In this document: piece after piece, positions 39,043-48,955 of the stretch
Layout of the letters: each line of letters starts with the position of its first letter
Numbering within the stretch: the stretch's first letter is position 1
Source of the DNA: a bacterium
Lineage (GTDB): Bacteria; Electryoneota; Electryoneia; Electryoneales; Electryoneaceae
Direction: 5' to 3'
DNA length: 64,000 nt
Assembly: GCA_963675295.2 (NCBI GenBank)
Contig: CAXXKJ010000002.1
Coordinates: 1,568,001-1,632,000 of the forward strand
Program-made: the position numbers and the translations under genes
Notes under the pieces: generated by a model
Databases searched by the model: none
What the model was told of the DNA's origin: nothing
Seen by the model: only the letters and a program-made list of their open reading frames with translations

Positions 39043-40194
39043 GTGAGCGACAACAAACAAACCACAGCGAGTACAGCTGCCGAACGTGCGGCGACATTGA
39101 CCCTGCTTCGTGCGACCGAGGTCGGTGCGACCCGTGTACGCAAGCTGCTGGACATCTTCGGCAGCGCGGGGATGACGTTGTCCGCCAGCGATGGCACGCT
39201 GGAACGTGTCGGCGGACTCAGCCCGGAGACGGTCCGCAGCATGCGTGAGGCAGAGGGCGACAAGTTCGGCGAACAGCAGCTCGAACGTGCGGACAAGCTC
39301 GGCGTGCGGGTGCTGTTGCCGGTCGATGACGAATATCCCGAACTGCTGCGCAACATCCACAATCCTCCTGCGGCGTTGTTTGTGGTTGGTGAACCGTTGC
39401 CGACCGATGGCCGCGCGGTGGCGATTGTCGGCAGCCGGAACGCGACCGAGGCCGGAGTCGAAATCTCGCATCAGTTAGGTGCGGGGTTGGCGAAGGCGAA
39501 GGTGAATGTCGTCAGCGGGATGGCGCTCGGGATCGACGGCGCAGCGCACCGGGGCGCGTTGCAGGAGGGCGGCAAAACGGTTGCGGTGCTCGGCTGCGGC
39601 GTGGACAAGGTGTACCCGCGGCAGCACACCAAACTGCACGGCGAGATTTCGCGGCATGGAACGGTGGTCAGCGAACTGTTCCTCGGCGCGGGACCGGAAG
39701 CGCGCAACTTCCCGATGCGCAACCGGATCATCACCGGGATGGTCTCCGCGGTGGTCGTCGTCGAGGCCGGCGCGAAGAGCGGATCGTTGATTACCGCGCG
39801 GTACGCGTTGGAGGAGAACCGGCCGCTGTTTGCCGTTCCGGGGCACCCGTTGTCGCGTGGGCATGAGGGCGTGAACTGGCTGCTGCGGAGCGGGGCGGGG
39901 TTTGTCCGGCACGCCGGCGATTTGCTCGAAGATCTGGCCGGACCGTTACAACTGGACAAATTTCTCGCCGAACAGGAAAAGCTGTTGCTGGACGACCTGC
40001 CGGATGATCTCCCACCCGACGAACGCCGGATTGTCGAAGCGCTGGATCGTGTCGATGGCATCCACGCCGACAAGCTGGCCGACACGCTCAAGGTCGACGC
40101 CAGCCGGCTCGGCGCGATGCTGCTGATGCTGGAGCTGAAAGGGCTGGTCCAGCGTCTGCCGGGGGATCGGTATAGAAGGCGGGGGAAGATGTGA
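39043..40194 (+). CDS. dprA: DNA-processing protein DprA
   Basis: VAIVGSR, VSGMALGIDGAAH, FPMRNRII, EAGAKSGSLITA, C-terminal winged helix. Confidence 0.96.
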   Translation: MSDNKQTTASTAAERAATLTLLRATEVGATRVRKLLDIFGSAGMTLSASDGTLERVGGLSPETVRSMREAEGDKFGEQQLERADKLGVRVLLPVDDEYPELLRNIHNPPAALFVVGEPLPTDGRAVAIVGSRNATEAGVEISHQLGAGLAKAKVNVVSGMALGIDGAAHRGALQEGGKTVAVLGCGVDKVYPRQHTKLHGEISRHGTVVSELFLGAGPEARNFPMRNRIITGMVSAVVVVEAGAKSGSLITARYALEENRPLFAVPGHPLSRGHEGVNWLLRSGAGFVRHAGDLLEDLAGPLQLDKFLAEQEKLLLDDLPDDLPPDERRIVEALDRVDGIHADKLADTLKVDASRLGAMLLMLELKGLVQRLPGDRYRRRGKM

Positions 40195-40997
40195 GCATTG
40201 AATCAAACAACGGCAAGAAAGCTGTATTGTGCCACTACACATCTGTCAGTGCTTTTGCTTCCATTCTAGAATCTAGAAAATTAAGGTTTGGAAGACTTGA
40301 TTGTATGAATGATCCTGACGAAGCAATGACCGACGATAACATAAATTTGAAAAAGCTTATATATGCATCATGTTGGTCTTATCACGAAAATGAAGACCAT
40401 GAGTCTTATCCATTATGGATAAATTACACTAATCGTAAAGGAATAAGATTACAGATTAGTTTTGAGGATTATCCTTTTACAAAAAATAAATTAAAACATA
40501 ATAAAAAGCCTTTATATTATAATATAGCAGGTCCAAATAAAATAATATATAGAAATAAAAATAAAGTTAACGCTTTATCAACTAAAGAGTACGAAAGTAA
40601 TGGTCTAGTATCAGAAGAAATAAAACTACTTGATAAAGAGATTGGATTAGTTAAAAATGAATTTTGGAAAGGTGAAAATGAGTACAGATATAGGATTATT
40701 AATATACCAAATAGGCTAATCCATATTGCTGTTAAAGTCGAAGCGGAACCATCGGTAAGCGAAATAGTAAAATATGGTGATTTAACAAATTTAACTAATA
40801 GGAGAGAGATTTTTATTGAATTGAAAAAACAATTCTTCGAAAAAATGAAAGTTAAACTAGGTCCAGATTGTGAATATGGAGATATTGTAATTGTTAAAGC
40901 GCTTATGGAAAAATATTTGGGTCGATCAGAGCTTTCATGGAGCAAATATGCAAAAAATAAAAAGAAACCAATAGTTATCAATCCTGATGTTGATTAA
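40191..40997 (+). CDS. AT-rich DUF2971-like hypothetical protein
   Basis: LCHYTS, MNDPDE, ASCWS...ESYPLWINY, K...W..ENEYRY; abrupt drop in GC. Confidence 0.7.
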   Translation: MSIESNNGKKAVLCHYTSVSAFASILESRKLRFGRLDCMNDPDEAMTDDNINLKKLIYASCWSYHENEDHESYPLWINYTNRKGIRLQISFEDYPFTKNKLKHNKKPLYYNIAGPNKIIYRNKNKVNALSTKEYESNGLVSEEIKLLDKEIGLVKNEFWKGENEYRYRIINIPNRLIHIAVKVEAEPSVSEIVKYGDLTNLTNRREIFIELKKQFFEKMKVKLGPDCEYGDIVIVKALMEKYLGRSELSWSKYAKNKKKPIVINPDVD

Positions 40998-41050
40998 CCG
41001 ATAAAGTAGCTTAGCTAACTTCCGCTTTCCTTTAAATCGAGGTACAGCTT

Positions 41051-42301
41051 ATGCCCCTCGGCGTCTACAGCGAAGTCGGACGACTCGAAAAGGTGCTGGT
41101 GCATCAGCCCGGCTGGGAGCATCGGCGGATGATCCCGTGGAACCGGGAAGCGATGCTCTGCGACGACATCCTCGACATCGAGACCGCGCGCCCTGAGCAC
41201 AAGGGTTTTGTCCAGAAGATGCGTGCGCTCGGGATCGAGGTGCTGTATTTCCTCGATCTGCTGAAGGACGTTTGCGCCGATCCGGTGCAGCACGCGGAGA
41301 TTGTCGAGGCGGTGACGCCGAACGGGTTGCCGCCGGGGATGAACCCGCTCAGCATTCAGCCGACGAATCTCGTGATCGGGTATCCGGCGCATTACCGGTT
41401 CGGCGAGACGGTGTTGCTGGAGCCGACGGTCAATCTGTACTTCATGCGCGACCCGTCGTTTTTCATTACGGACAAGCTGATCATCAGCTCGCCGAAGATG
41501 CCGATCCGTCAGCGGGAAGCGTACCTGATGCGTGAGCTGGTGCGCCGTCACCCGATCTTCGCGGGTGTCGATGTGTATGACGGCATCCTTAACGACCCGG
41601 AGGCGACGATCGAGGGCGGGGACGTTCTCATCCCGGACGAACGCACCGTGATGGTCGGCATTTCAGAACGCACGAATGATCGTGGCGCGACGATGCTGGC
41701 GGAGTATTTGTTCGAAAATACGAGCATCGAGCGGTTGCTTAAGGTGCACATTCCGAAGCGGCACGAATACATGCACCTGGACACGTTGCTGACGTTCGTT
41801 GACCGGCAGCAGATTGTGACGTTGCCATACATCTGGGAGCAGCGCGAACTGTACCAGCGTGTGGTCGGTGAGGTGCGGGAGCAGGTGCGCCGGCTGGGCG
41901 CGACATACGCCGGTCCGCCTGAGGAGATTTACACCGACTGCCCGTGGCTCGAGGTGATGTTCCAGGACGGGTCGACAAAACGATACGACAACGCGATCGA
42001 AGGCATGGCGGAGTTGGGCGTGGTGGTGCCTGAGATCACGGTGACGGTCGGCGGTGATCGTGACCAGTACGACAGCGTCGAGGAGCACATTCTCGAGGCG
42101 TTGCGTGAGCAGTGGAATGATGGGGCGAACACGTTCGCGTTGAAGCCGGGCCATGTGATCACGTACGACCGAAACGACCGCACGATCCGTGGGCTGGAGG
42201 ATGTGATGGTCGAGGTAACGAAGTTCCGGGGCGGGGAGTTGGTGCGCGGACGTGGCGGCGCACGCTGCATGACGATGCCGCTGAAGCGTGGACGGATCTG
42301 A
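41051..42301 (+). CDS. arcA: Arginine deiminase
   Basis: GVYSEVGRL, NLYFMRD, IEGGD, GISERT, MHLDT, EQWNDGAN, RGRGGARCMTMP. Confidence 0.93.
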   Translation: MPLGVYSEVGRLEKVLVHQPGWEHRRMIPWNREAMLCDDILDIETARPEHKGFVQKMRALGIEVLYFLDLLKDVCADPVQHAEIVEAVTPNGLPPGMNPLSIQPTNLVIGYPAHYRFGETVLLEPTVNLYFMRDPSFFITDKLIISSPKMPIRQREAYLMRELVRRHPIFAGVDVYDGILNDPEATIEGGDVLIPDERTVMVGISERTNDRGATMLAEYLFENTSIERLLKVHIPKRHEYMHLDTLLTFVDRQQIVTLPYIWEQRELYQRVVGEVREQVRRLGATYAGPPEEIYTDCPWLEVMFQDGSTKRYDNAIEGMAELGVVVPEITVTVGGDRDQYDSVEEHILEALREQWNDGANTFALKPGHVITYDRNDRTIRGLEDVMVEVTKFRGGELVRGRGGARCMTMPLKRGRI

Positions 42302-42347
42302 TGTTGCCGGTTGATGGTACGCGTAGCGCAGGCATGGAGTGACGTGA

Positions 42348-43196
42348 ATGAAACGCCCCCCCAAGTTCAGCACACTAATATCCTTCGTCGTACTGATCCT
42401 GCTGCTGGCGGGTTGCAGGCAGACGTTCAACAGTGCGAAACAGCAGGCGGCGATTGAGATTGACGGTGACATCCGCGATTGGGATGCGTACCCGCGTCAC
42501 ACCTTCGACGAATACAAGACCTCGGTCAGCCTGGTGAATAATGACACGATGCTCTATGTGCTGGTCCTGCGTAAAAACCTGGATATGTACGTCGCGCAGG
42601 GAGTGAATTTCTGGATTCAGACCGGCGATGATCGGGATGATCTGCTGAATATCCGTTACTACGGCAAGGCCCCGAATTCAGTGGTGATTAATCCCCGGGA
42701 TGTCATCCACGTGTCCACGTACGAACGAGCGTACGATCTCGAAGACAACGAGTCCCGTGTCGAACTCGGCGGAATCTGGGACATGATCCTCTACCAGTCG
42801 CTCAAGGAAAACCGGCCGGCGTTGGTTTCGTCATCTGGCAGTGATGGTCCGCGCGCGGTGCAGCGTATGCTGCCGGGCAATGTCCGGGCGTACGAGTTCG
42901 CGTTTCCCCTGAAAAATCACCGCAAGAAGGCCTACGCCCTGCCGCTGCTGCCGGGTGAATCGTTCAAATTCGGCTTCGAGTTTATCTCGCGGTATGCCAT
43001 GGTCTGGGGCACGACCATGTGGCAGCACCGGGGTACGGAACTGGTCCGCACGTATTACATGACGAACACGCCGACAACGGCGGATGTCTACGTCCAGCAC
43101 GATCCACTCTGGGTAACGGTAACGCTTCACCAGGACGCGATTTCATACCGGGAAAGCCTAACTGGACAGCTGGCCCATCTCAGCACGAGCAACTGA
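42348..43196 (+). CDS. Hypothetical lipoprotein
   Basis: Lipobox LAGC; IEIDGDIRDW resembles CBM9/DOMON-type starts. Confidence 0.7.
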   Translation: MKRPPKFSTLISFVVLILLLAGCRQTFNSAKQQAAIEIDGDIRDWDAYPRHTFDEYKTSVSLVNNDTMLYVLVLRKNLDMYVAQGVNFWIQTGDDRDDLLNIRYYGKAPNSVVINPRDVIHVSTYERAYDLEDNESRVELGGIWDMILYQSLKENRPALVSSSGSDGPRAVQRMLPGNVRAYEFAFPLKNHRKKAYALPLLPGESFKFGFEFISRYAMVWGTTMWQHRGTELVRTYYMTNTPTTADVYVQHDPLWVTVTLHQDAISYRESLTGQLAHLSTSN

Positions 43197-43341
43197 CCGG
43201 ACAACCCGTTGAGGCACGAACAAACGCACGCGGTAACCTCTGTCCCATCGACCCGTCTTATGATTGGCACGTGCGGCGTGTGACGGTAAAAGCTTCCCCG
43301 GATCAACAGCTGTAAGTAACAGGTACTGGCAGGAACAGCCT

Positions 43342-43824
43342 ATGCCCGGCACCATTTCCCCGACAATCGCTATCATCTGGCTGCTGGTGACGTTTGCGAT
43401 CCAGACAGCGCTGGACGCGTATTTCACTCGCGGTCTGTTGCCGCCGATGGCGCTGGCGGAGCGGGTGAAGGCGTGGGCGGCGGTGAACGCCGGGGTGTTG
43501 GTGGTGCTGGTGCTGATTGTGCGGTTAAGCATGGTCCCACAGGACGCGTTCCTGATGTGGACGCGTGACCAGGGTGTGATGTCGCTGGGCGTGCTCGGGG
43601 TGATCGTGATGTACTTCCTCTGGTCGCTGCCATTCGTGCTCGGACGTGGCTACCTGATGCTGCGTTGGCGCGGGGAGGAGATGAGTGAGGAAAAGCGTCA
43701 CGATTACTGGGGGTATGTCTGGATCGGGTCGGTGGTGACGGTGTTCTTCAACGGGTTCCTATATGTCGCGTACATGATCGTGGTGCCGTTGATGACCGGT
43801 GTGGACGACACGTTCGCGGGGTGA
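43342..43824 (+). CDS. Hypothetical four-TM membrane protein
   Basis: Hydrophobic segments; AGGAA upstream. Confidence 0.65.
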   Translation: MPGTISPTIAIIWLLVTFAIQTALDAYFTRGLLPPMALAERVKAWAAVNAGVLVVLVLIVRLSMVPQDAFLMWTRDQGVMSLGVLGVIVMYFLWSLPFVLGRGYLMLRWRGEEMSEEKRHDYWGYVWIGSVVTVFFNGFLYVAYMIVVPLMTGVDDTFAG

Positions 43825-43969
43825 ACGGCGAGAAAGTCTACAACAATGATACTCGACATAGCGATGGATCCGTATCGGGCAATAATAGTTCACTAGTTAA
43901 TGATATTGGCTGTTTTTCTTATAATTTAAATATATATAATGACTAAAATTCAACTATATGATATAAATA

Positions 43970-44410
43970 CTAAACATCCTCAACATCAGGTAAAGATCCA
44001 TGCGGCTTGTAAAAATAATCCTTGCACAATTCTCTATCTATAAATACAATATTGCAATCTTTAAGAGATATTCTTTTATAATCCTCTTTCTTTTCAACTA
44101 CTAACATTTTTTCATCAGTACTACAAGCTACTGATTTATATAAATGCAAGCCTTTTGTTTTAGAACGGCCAATATTGAACGAGAGACATTTTTTGCTTTC
44201 TAGTACTTGTAAACTCCTGAGCCATTGCAATAGTCCACCAGCATCATCATCATTAAGCAGTAATTTATACCTATCCAATATTAAATGATGACTATCAATA
44301 CATAAATAATACTCCTCATCAGCAAGAAATAACCCGAGAACACCGTATAATAGATAATTATCAACCTGTGCCCTCTTGACAAGGTTTTCACACACGGTAA
44401 ACTTGGGCAT
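43970..44410 (-). CDS. AT-rich hypothetical protein, partner of the ATPase
   Basis: 146-aa ORF starting 1 nt after the ATPase stop, with a GAGGA RBS. Confidence 0.75.
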   Translation of the reverse strand: MPKFTVCENLVKRAQVDNYLLYGVLGLFLADEEYYLCIDSHHLILDRYKLLLNDDDAGGLLQWLRSLQVLESKKCLSFNIGRSKTKGLHLYKSVACSTDEKMLVVEKKEDYKRISLKDCNIVFIDRELCKDYFYKPHGSLPDVEDV

Positions 44411-44411
44411 T

Positions 44412-46067
44412 TCAGTCCTCTTTATGTGTTAATGCTGCTCTTAACTTGCTTATTTTTAGTGTATCTCTTACGGTGTCTTCCAAAAGATTTTTAGGCCAAT
44501 TAAAATCAGCGTAATTGCTAATTTTTTGCCGCTCAACTCTAGTTCCTTTATCAGTATCATAAAACAAATATACTGCGACATTATCAATATCAATAATACC
44601 CTCTAACATTCTCAATTGTAACCTTCGCAAAAAATACTCACTATGTGTTTCGATAACAAATTGCTTCAAGACTGTTCCTTTGTGACTGTCACGCATCATA
44701 TCAAGAAAAATATCTACGCTCATTGCTTGGAAATCAGGATGCAGGTGCAATTCGGGTTGTTCAACTATATGTATGGTGTTAGTCTCAGAGGCATATCCCG
44801 AGATCATTATTGGCAGGAATTGACTTACACCAATACCAATATCTGTTAAATCTAACTTAACATACTTATTATTATGCCTGTTAGCTTCAATTCTATCGAT
44901 TCCTTCATCTAAACTACTCACTTCAATGTTTGTTCCTAATCTAGATAACCAACCATTTATTTTATTTGACACATCTTTATCATTTTTTAAAATATCTATC
45001 TGATTGGAAAGAAAATAACTAATGCGTGGGTCGTTATTGTCTGAAAAGAAATATCTACGCGGTATCTCTCGTAATGGACCTATATACGATATCTGATTAG
45101 GGTCTAAATTTTTTCTGCATTTATCTACTATTCTTGATATTACATTAAGAATAATATCAGAAATCATTGTATCGTTTTCGCTGGACCATGGGCTTGTCTT
45201 TACACAGTTAAAGATATTAGCGGATTGATCTAGACTATTTGCTGTGTGTTTTATAAGATTCTTCGATAGAATATTAGAATCCCATATATCACTCTCAATC
45301 TTTAAAGATATAGCTTTACTGTCATTAATTTCTACTTTTAGAAATTTAGTTTTACCGTTGTACATAGTAATTGCAGATATATGCAATGATTCATCGCTTA
45401 AGAGCTGTAATCTGTATTCTATTGTAAATATAGAGGATTTTAAGCTTGATAGAGCACGTAAAAAAGAATAAGAGCACTCATAGTCCTCTTTAGATTTTAA
45501 ATTTTGCAATCGTCTGTATGTATGAATGGCTTTAGATGAATCAGCAGACTCCTTAGTCGATATAGCATTAAGCTCATTTCTTAAAAGATCTATAATGCTC
45601 ATTAACTCCTTTGCATTTAGTTCTCTAGAACTTTCAATAGTATTTAAACGTTTAACAATAGATTCAATATCTGTGCTCTCCTTGTAATTGTATATTCTGG
45701 ATATATTAATAGTTATATGGTCGTAAATTTCGGAAATGAAATTATCCATAAACCTGCTTTTTAGTTCACGTAATAATCTATTATCAGTAAAACGAACACA
45801 AAATGAAACAGAATTATCTTTTGATTGCTTTATTAAGTGCTTTCTACGTCCTGCAGAAATAAAAATCCCATTCAAATCGATTGTTTTGCTATATGTACTA
45901 CCGGTTGAGGTATTAAGAGCTGCAATCGTCTGACTAAGAATTAGTGGGAGATGAAGAGCACTACTTTTACCTGCGTTATTTGGCCCTAGAAATATTGTCA
46001 GAGGCTTGAGTTCAATGATACCATCGTCAAAACCTTTATAGTTCTTAAAACCGTATGCAGTAATCAT
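44412..46067 (-). CDS. ABC-like AAA ATPase (AAA_15/AAA_21 type) with a DUF3696-like C-terminus
   Basis: Walker A GPNNAGKS, IGPLR, IGIGVSQFLP, Walker B IVEQPELHLHP, IETHSE, NWP. Confidence 0.9.
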   Translation of the reverse strand: MITAYGFKNYKGFDDGIIELKPLTIFLGPNNAGKSSALHLPLILSQTIAALNTSTGSTYSKTIDLNGIFISAGRRKHLIKQSKDNSVSFCVRFTDNRLLRELKSRFMDNFISEIYDHITINISRIYNYKESTDIESIVKRLNTIESSRELNAKELMSIIDLLRNELNAISTKESADSSKAIHTYRRLQNLKSKEDYECSYSFLRALSSLKSSIFTIEYRLQLLSDESLHISAITMYNGKTKFLKVEINDSKAISLKIESDIWDSNILSKNLIKHTANSLDQSANIFNCVKTSPWSSENDTMISDIILNVISRIVDKCRKNLDPNQISYIGPLREIPRRYFFSDNNDPRISYFLSNQIDILKNDKDVSNKINGWLSRLGTNIEVSSLDEGIDRIEANRHNNKYVKLDLTDIGIGVSQFLPIMISGYASETNTIHIVEQPELHLHPDFQAMSVDIFLDMMRDSHKGTVLKQFVIETHSEYFLRRLQLRMLEGIIDIDNVAVYLFYDTDKGTRVERQKISNYADFNWPKNLLEDTVRDTLKISKLRAALTHKED

Positions 46068-46077
46068 AATGGTATCC

Positions 46078-46452
46078 TTAAAGTTTAGGTTTTGGTAAAA
46101 TGTCTTTCAATGATGGAATAATACCAATAATAGAATTATGTAGGGAACAGTAGTGTTTAGGTGCAATGTAACCGAATAACAAAAGCATCAAAAAAGAAAA
46201 GAGCAAAAACAGAATTATTGAAAAAATAAAACAATAAGCAGCCCCTAGTGCTAATAAATTATAAAATATATAGAATGGAGCGCCGAAAAAACTAAATATC
46301 GCAAAGCATAATAAAGCAAAAGGCAGTAATAGATTATATTTATTATCATAATTAAAGTCGCGTGACGTACTAGAGCGAGAATCTCGAATTCGTTTCTTCC
46401 TTTCGAGAAGTTCAGCCTTTCTCCTTCTAGGAATATCATGTTGATCAGACAT
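46078..46452 (-). CDS. AT-rich small two-TM protein
   Basis: Basic N-terminus followed by long hydrophobic stretches. Confidence 0.6.
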   Translation of the reverse strand: MSDQHDIPRRRKAELLERKKRIRDSRSSTSRDFNYDNKYNLLLPFALLCFAIFSFFGAPFYIFYNLLALGAAYCFIFSIILFLLFSFLMLLLFGYIAPKHYCSLHNSIIGIIPSLKDILPKPKL

Positions 46453-46458
46453 TTTACA

Positions 46459-46487
46459 AGTATAGCAATACAAAACTATTTTATCAA
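46459..46487 (-). promoter_or_regulatory. Sigma-70 promoter, probably giving a leaderless transcript
   Basis: TTGATA-17 bp-TATACT with TGn extension; ATG lies 6 nt after the -10 box. Confidence 0.6.
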
Positions 46488-46527
46488 GAAAGTAAAGAGA
46501 CTTTTCTGTCAGGTTGCTATCAAACAC

Positions 46528-46893
46528 TTAATTTTCTTGATCCTTAGATTTAGGCACCATTTCCTTCCATTGCCGGTCGCGTTCGTGTTTGCGGAACGGC
46601 GCCACCCACGGCACGAAAAAGGCGAGGAACAGGCAGATCAACCCGACAGAATCCAAGCTGTTTATGAGCCAGCCTGGATTCGCGGGATCGAAGAAGAAGA
46701 AGTTGATAATGCGTGCAACACCCGCCGCGACAAACACTCCGCCCGCTCCTCGAAGGAAGCTCGGGTCGGGGTCGGGTGCGTTTCGCCAGATGTAGCCCGC
46801 CCACGAATGCCACGCGAAATCCCAGACCCATTTCGGAACGAGGTTTAGTAGTAGTGGTATCCCGATCAACAGATCGAAAATCGCGTTGAGCAT
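46528..46893 (-). CDS. Hypothetical membrane protein
   Basis: AAGGA RBS; hydrophobic segments. Confidence 0.6.
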   Translation of the reverse strand: MLNAIFDLLIGIPLLLNLVPKWVWDFAWHSWAGYIWRNAPDPDPSFLRGAGGVFVAAGVARIINFFFFDPANPGWLINSLDSVGLICLFLAFFVPWVAPFRKHERDRQWKEMVPKSKDQEN

Positions 46894-46909
46894 CGAGTCC
46901 TTCCGTGGA

Positions 46910-48751
46910 TCAGCGCACGAGCATCACTTTCTGCATCTGTTCGAACTGACCGGGCACAGTTGCGCGGACAAAATACAGCCCACTGGCGAGGTTGTTCGCA
47001 TTAAATGACAGCTCATGCGAGCCCGCGTTGAACTGACTGTTTGCGAGGGTCGCGACCTGCTGGCCGTTGGTGTTGTAGACGGTCACGGTCAGCGGGGCCG
47101 TTTCCGGCAGGCTGACGTTCAGCGTGGTCATCGCGTTGAACGGGTTCGGGTACGCCGCGCTCAGCATGAACTCGCCTGGCAGGGTGCTGCCGGTATCAAC
47201 GGTGGTTTCATCATCGATGGCGGCGAGAATCTTGTCTTCGCCGTCGCTGGCCCACTGGTTCGTCGCACTGTTCGCGGCTTGCGCGGCGACGATGGTGAAC
47301 GGAAAGGAATCCGTACCCAGCGCCATGTTCTGGTTCGGGCCGGCGTTCAGCACCCAGTCGTATTCTCCCGGCGGGGCCATCGCAGGTATCTGCTGCATGA
47401 TGTTGGTAACCGTGATCTGCATGTCCGGCGTGAAGAAGAAATTGACGTAGAACATCGGGCCATAGGTATTGCCATTGGGCAGGATGACCTCGGTCCAGAT
47501 GGTGCCAAAGGTCGGCAGCACGATGTTGTAGTCAATCATCAGGTCGTAGAAGAAGATCCCGCCCTGCGAGACGATGGTCGGATCGAGTTGCGGGGTGATG
47601 TCAACGACAATCGGCGGTTCCGGACGGCTGATCCAGGCCTTGACCATGTCCGAGTTCCGGGCCGCGCCGACGATATCGATGTTGCCGTCGTTGTCGAAAT
47701 CGGCGGCATGTACCGCGCGCGCGTCCGAGAAGGATGCGTCGATGTTCCATTCGATCCACAGCGACCCATCGCCGAGCTCGTTTTCCCACCACGTGACGTC
47801 GTCGCCGTAGCGTGCCGCGCCGATGATGTCGAGGTCGTTGTCGCCGTCCACGTCGGTCGCAAACACGCTGATCGCTTCGTCGAAGAAATCGTTGATCGTG
47901 CGCTGTGTCCAGCTAGTACCGGCGCCGTCGTTGTTCTCCCACCAGGTGATATCGTCGGCGATATAGTCGGCGGCGCTGGCGATGTCGATGTCGCCGTCAC
48001 CGTCCATATCGCCGGGGGAGAGACTGGACGCGTAGTCGAAGTCGAGGTTGACGTTGTGCGTGGTCCAGTTGAGGCCGTCGCCGTCGACGTTTTCCAGCCA
48101 GATGATGCCTCCCGCAGAGGCGACGATGTCGATATCGCCGTCATTGTCCATGTCGAATGCTTCCGCGACACGGGCGCCGTTGATGCTGAGCACCGGGGTT
48201 TCGGTGAACAGAGAACCGTCCCCGTTGACATTTTCCCACCACGTGATCTGGTCGGCGCTGGATGCGACGCCGAGGATATCCATGTCGCCGTCCCCGTCCA
48301 TGTCGGCCGCGCGAACACAGTTGGCGCCGTCAAAGGTGTCGGTCAGGGTGTTCAGCGTCCAGGTGAGGCCGTCCCCGTTGACATTTTCCCACCACGTGAT
48401 GTTGTCGTAGGAATAGGATGACGCGAGGGCGTCCATATCGCCGTCGCCGTCGAGGTCGGCGGCGAACACACACTGGCCACTGGGGAAGGTGCCGTCAATG
48501 GTTTGCAGCGCCCAGGTGGCGCCGTCACCGTTCACGTTTTCGAACCAGCCGACCACGCCGGAGAAGGAGGCGACGCTGAGCACATCGTTGTCGCCGTCAC
48601 CGTCAAAGTCAGCCGCGTAGACGTCCTGCGCGCCGTCGAAGGTGTTGCTGATTCCACGCTGGATCCAGTTGATGTCGGCATACGCGGCTTGCGTACCGAT
48701 GGCCAGGATTGCGATCAGACTCAGCCAGACAAAGGTTTTGGAACTGCGCAT
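46910..48751 (-). CDS. FG-GAP/VCBS repeat protein with Ig-like module and T9SS CTD
   Basis: Seven DxDGDGDxD repeats; AYPNPFN...LASGLYFVR...QKVMLVR. Confidence 0.9.
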   Translation of the reverse strand: MRSSKTFVWLSLIAILAIGTQAAYADINWIQRGISNTFDGAQDVYAADFDGDGDNDVLSVASFSGVVGWFENVNGDGATWALQTIDGTFPSGQCVFAADLDGDGDMDALASSYSYDNITWWENVNGDGLTWTLNTLTDTFDGANCVRAADMDGDGDMDILGVASSADQITWWENVNGDGSLFTETPVLSINGARVAEAFDMDNDGDIDIVASAGGIIWLENVDGDGLNWTTHNVNLDFDYASSLSPGDMDGDGDIDIASAADYIADDITWWENNDGAGTSWTQRTINDFFDEAISVFATDVDGDNDLDIIGAARYGDDVTWWENELGDGSLWIEWNIDASFSDARAVHAADFDNDGNIDIVGAARNSDMVKAWISRPEPPIVVDITPQLDPTIVSQGGIFFYDLMIDYNIVLPTFGTIWTEVILPNGNTYGPMFYVNFFFTPDMQITVTNIMQQIPAMAPPGEYDWVLNAGPNQNMALGTDSFPFTIVAAQAANSATNQWASDGEDKILAAIDDETTVDTGSTLPGEFMLSAAYPNPFNAMTTLNVSLPETAPLTVTVYNTNGQQVATLANSQFNAGSHELSFNANNLASGLYFVRATVPGQFEQMQKVMLVR

Positions 48752-48955
48752 AAAGCCCCCAACGGGTTGCTGTTTGTACCGTCTATCCCCACACACCAAA
48801 CCCGGTCCGGCGCGGTAGCGTCGGGATAGCCGGGTTGCATTTTCAGGGTTTTGTCAGAATGATGGGTTGAAGTAAAAGGGAGAAAATCCAAAAAAACTCT
48901 GACAACCGAAAAAATGGGAGAGATAGGAGGCCTTAACAGAGCCGGTGTAAATCGC

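Noticed and set aside
46910-48660. DNA-level repeats inside the FG-GAP gene as a possible diversity-generating retroelement template/variable pair
   Set aside because: They are explained by protein repeats, no adenine-specific mismatch pattern was noticed, and no reverse transcriptase is in the window.
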